Shown here one piece after another: positions 63,774 through 64,000 of a stretch of DNA of 64,000 nucleotides; within the stretch, counting starts at the first letter, position 1, and every line of letters starts with the position of its first letter. Position numbers and translations under genes: made by a program. The notes beneath the pieces were generated by a model. The model was not told the origin of the DNA and did not search any database. It was given only the letters and a program-made list of their open reading frames with translations. The stretch comes from Oscillospiraceae bacterium. Lineage in GTDB: Bacteria; Bacillota; Clostridia; Oscillospirales; Oscillospiraceae. The DNA lies in assembly GCA_045605145.1 (NCBI GenBank), contig JAZUPH010000073.1, positions 1,790-65,789 on the forward strand. The letters are read 5' to 3'.

Positions 63774-64000
63774 ATGAAAAACTGGGTCTTTGGCAGACAT
63801 AAAGATGAAGGTCCCGCGTGGCCCACAGACGACGAGGGTAAGGCCGTACCACAGGTCGTTGCTGCCCAAATGCCCGATGGGCAATTAATGGCCGACACTG
63901 CACTGAATATGCTGCACGCCTGCGGTATACCGGCAAGGCTGCATTACCCCGGTGATGGTGGGTTCGGCCGCATAGTGCTTGGCGCCAGCGGTTTCGGCGT
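63774..64000 (+). CDS. hypothetical protein (N-terminal part, runs off the window)
   Basis: ATG 63774 behind GGGAGAGGA. Open frame to the window end (MKNWVFGRHKDEGPAWP..). Not in the ORF track because no stop is reached. Confidence 0.45.
   Translation, partial: MKNWVFGRHKDEGPAWPTDDEGKAVPQVVAAQMPDGQLMADTALNMLHACGIPARLHYPGDGGFGRIVLGASGFG

Overview
High-GC (~57-58%) Firmicutes/Clostridia-type chromosome segment, probably an Oscillospiraceae/Ruminococcaceae-like anaerobe (inferred from gene content only). It is almost entirely core housekeeping. Translation and ribosome genes: rpmG-secE-nusG-rplK-rplA, rplU-rpmA, infC-rpmI-rplT, cysS, metG, tsaD, rimI, rimO, prmA, prmC, rlmH and tRNA-Thr. DNA metabolism: polA, recA-recX, ruvX and a DnaD-like/DnaI-like pair. 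Envelope: pgsA, murC, a MurT/GatD-like pair, an MBOAT+DHHW pair and a multi-LysM secreted protein. Also present are argF, ackA, a GH31+GH3 glycosidase pair, one OmpR/HisKA two-component system, a FecCD-type ABC importer and a MATE exporter. I found no mobile element, CRISPR array, prophage or recognisable defence system. The items worth a second look are non-coding or subtle: (1) a ~250-nt GC-rich multi-helix RNA candidate between a DUF1292 gene and its terminator (46.58-46.82 kb); (2) an orphan plus-strand intrinsic terminator preceded by stacked hairpins upstream of metG (35.6-35.75 kb), a possible sRNA; (3) two clusters of DnaA-box-like 9-mers in long AT-rich gaps (3.35 kb downstream of tsaD, 27.44-27.56 kb upstream of the LysM gene); (4) a MurT/GatD-like/HAD operon whose GatD-like subunit appears to lack the Cys and His catalytic residues. 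All calls come from reading the sequence and ORF translations. No database search was run.
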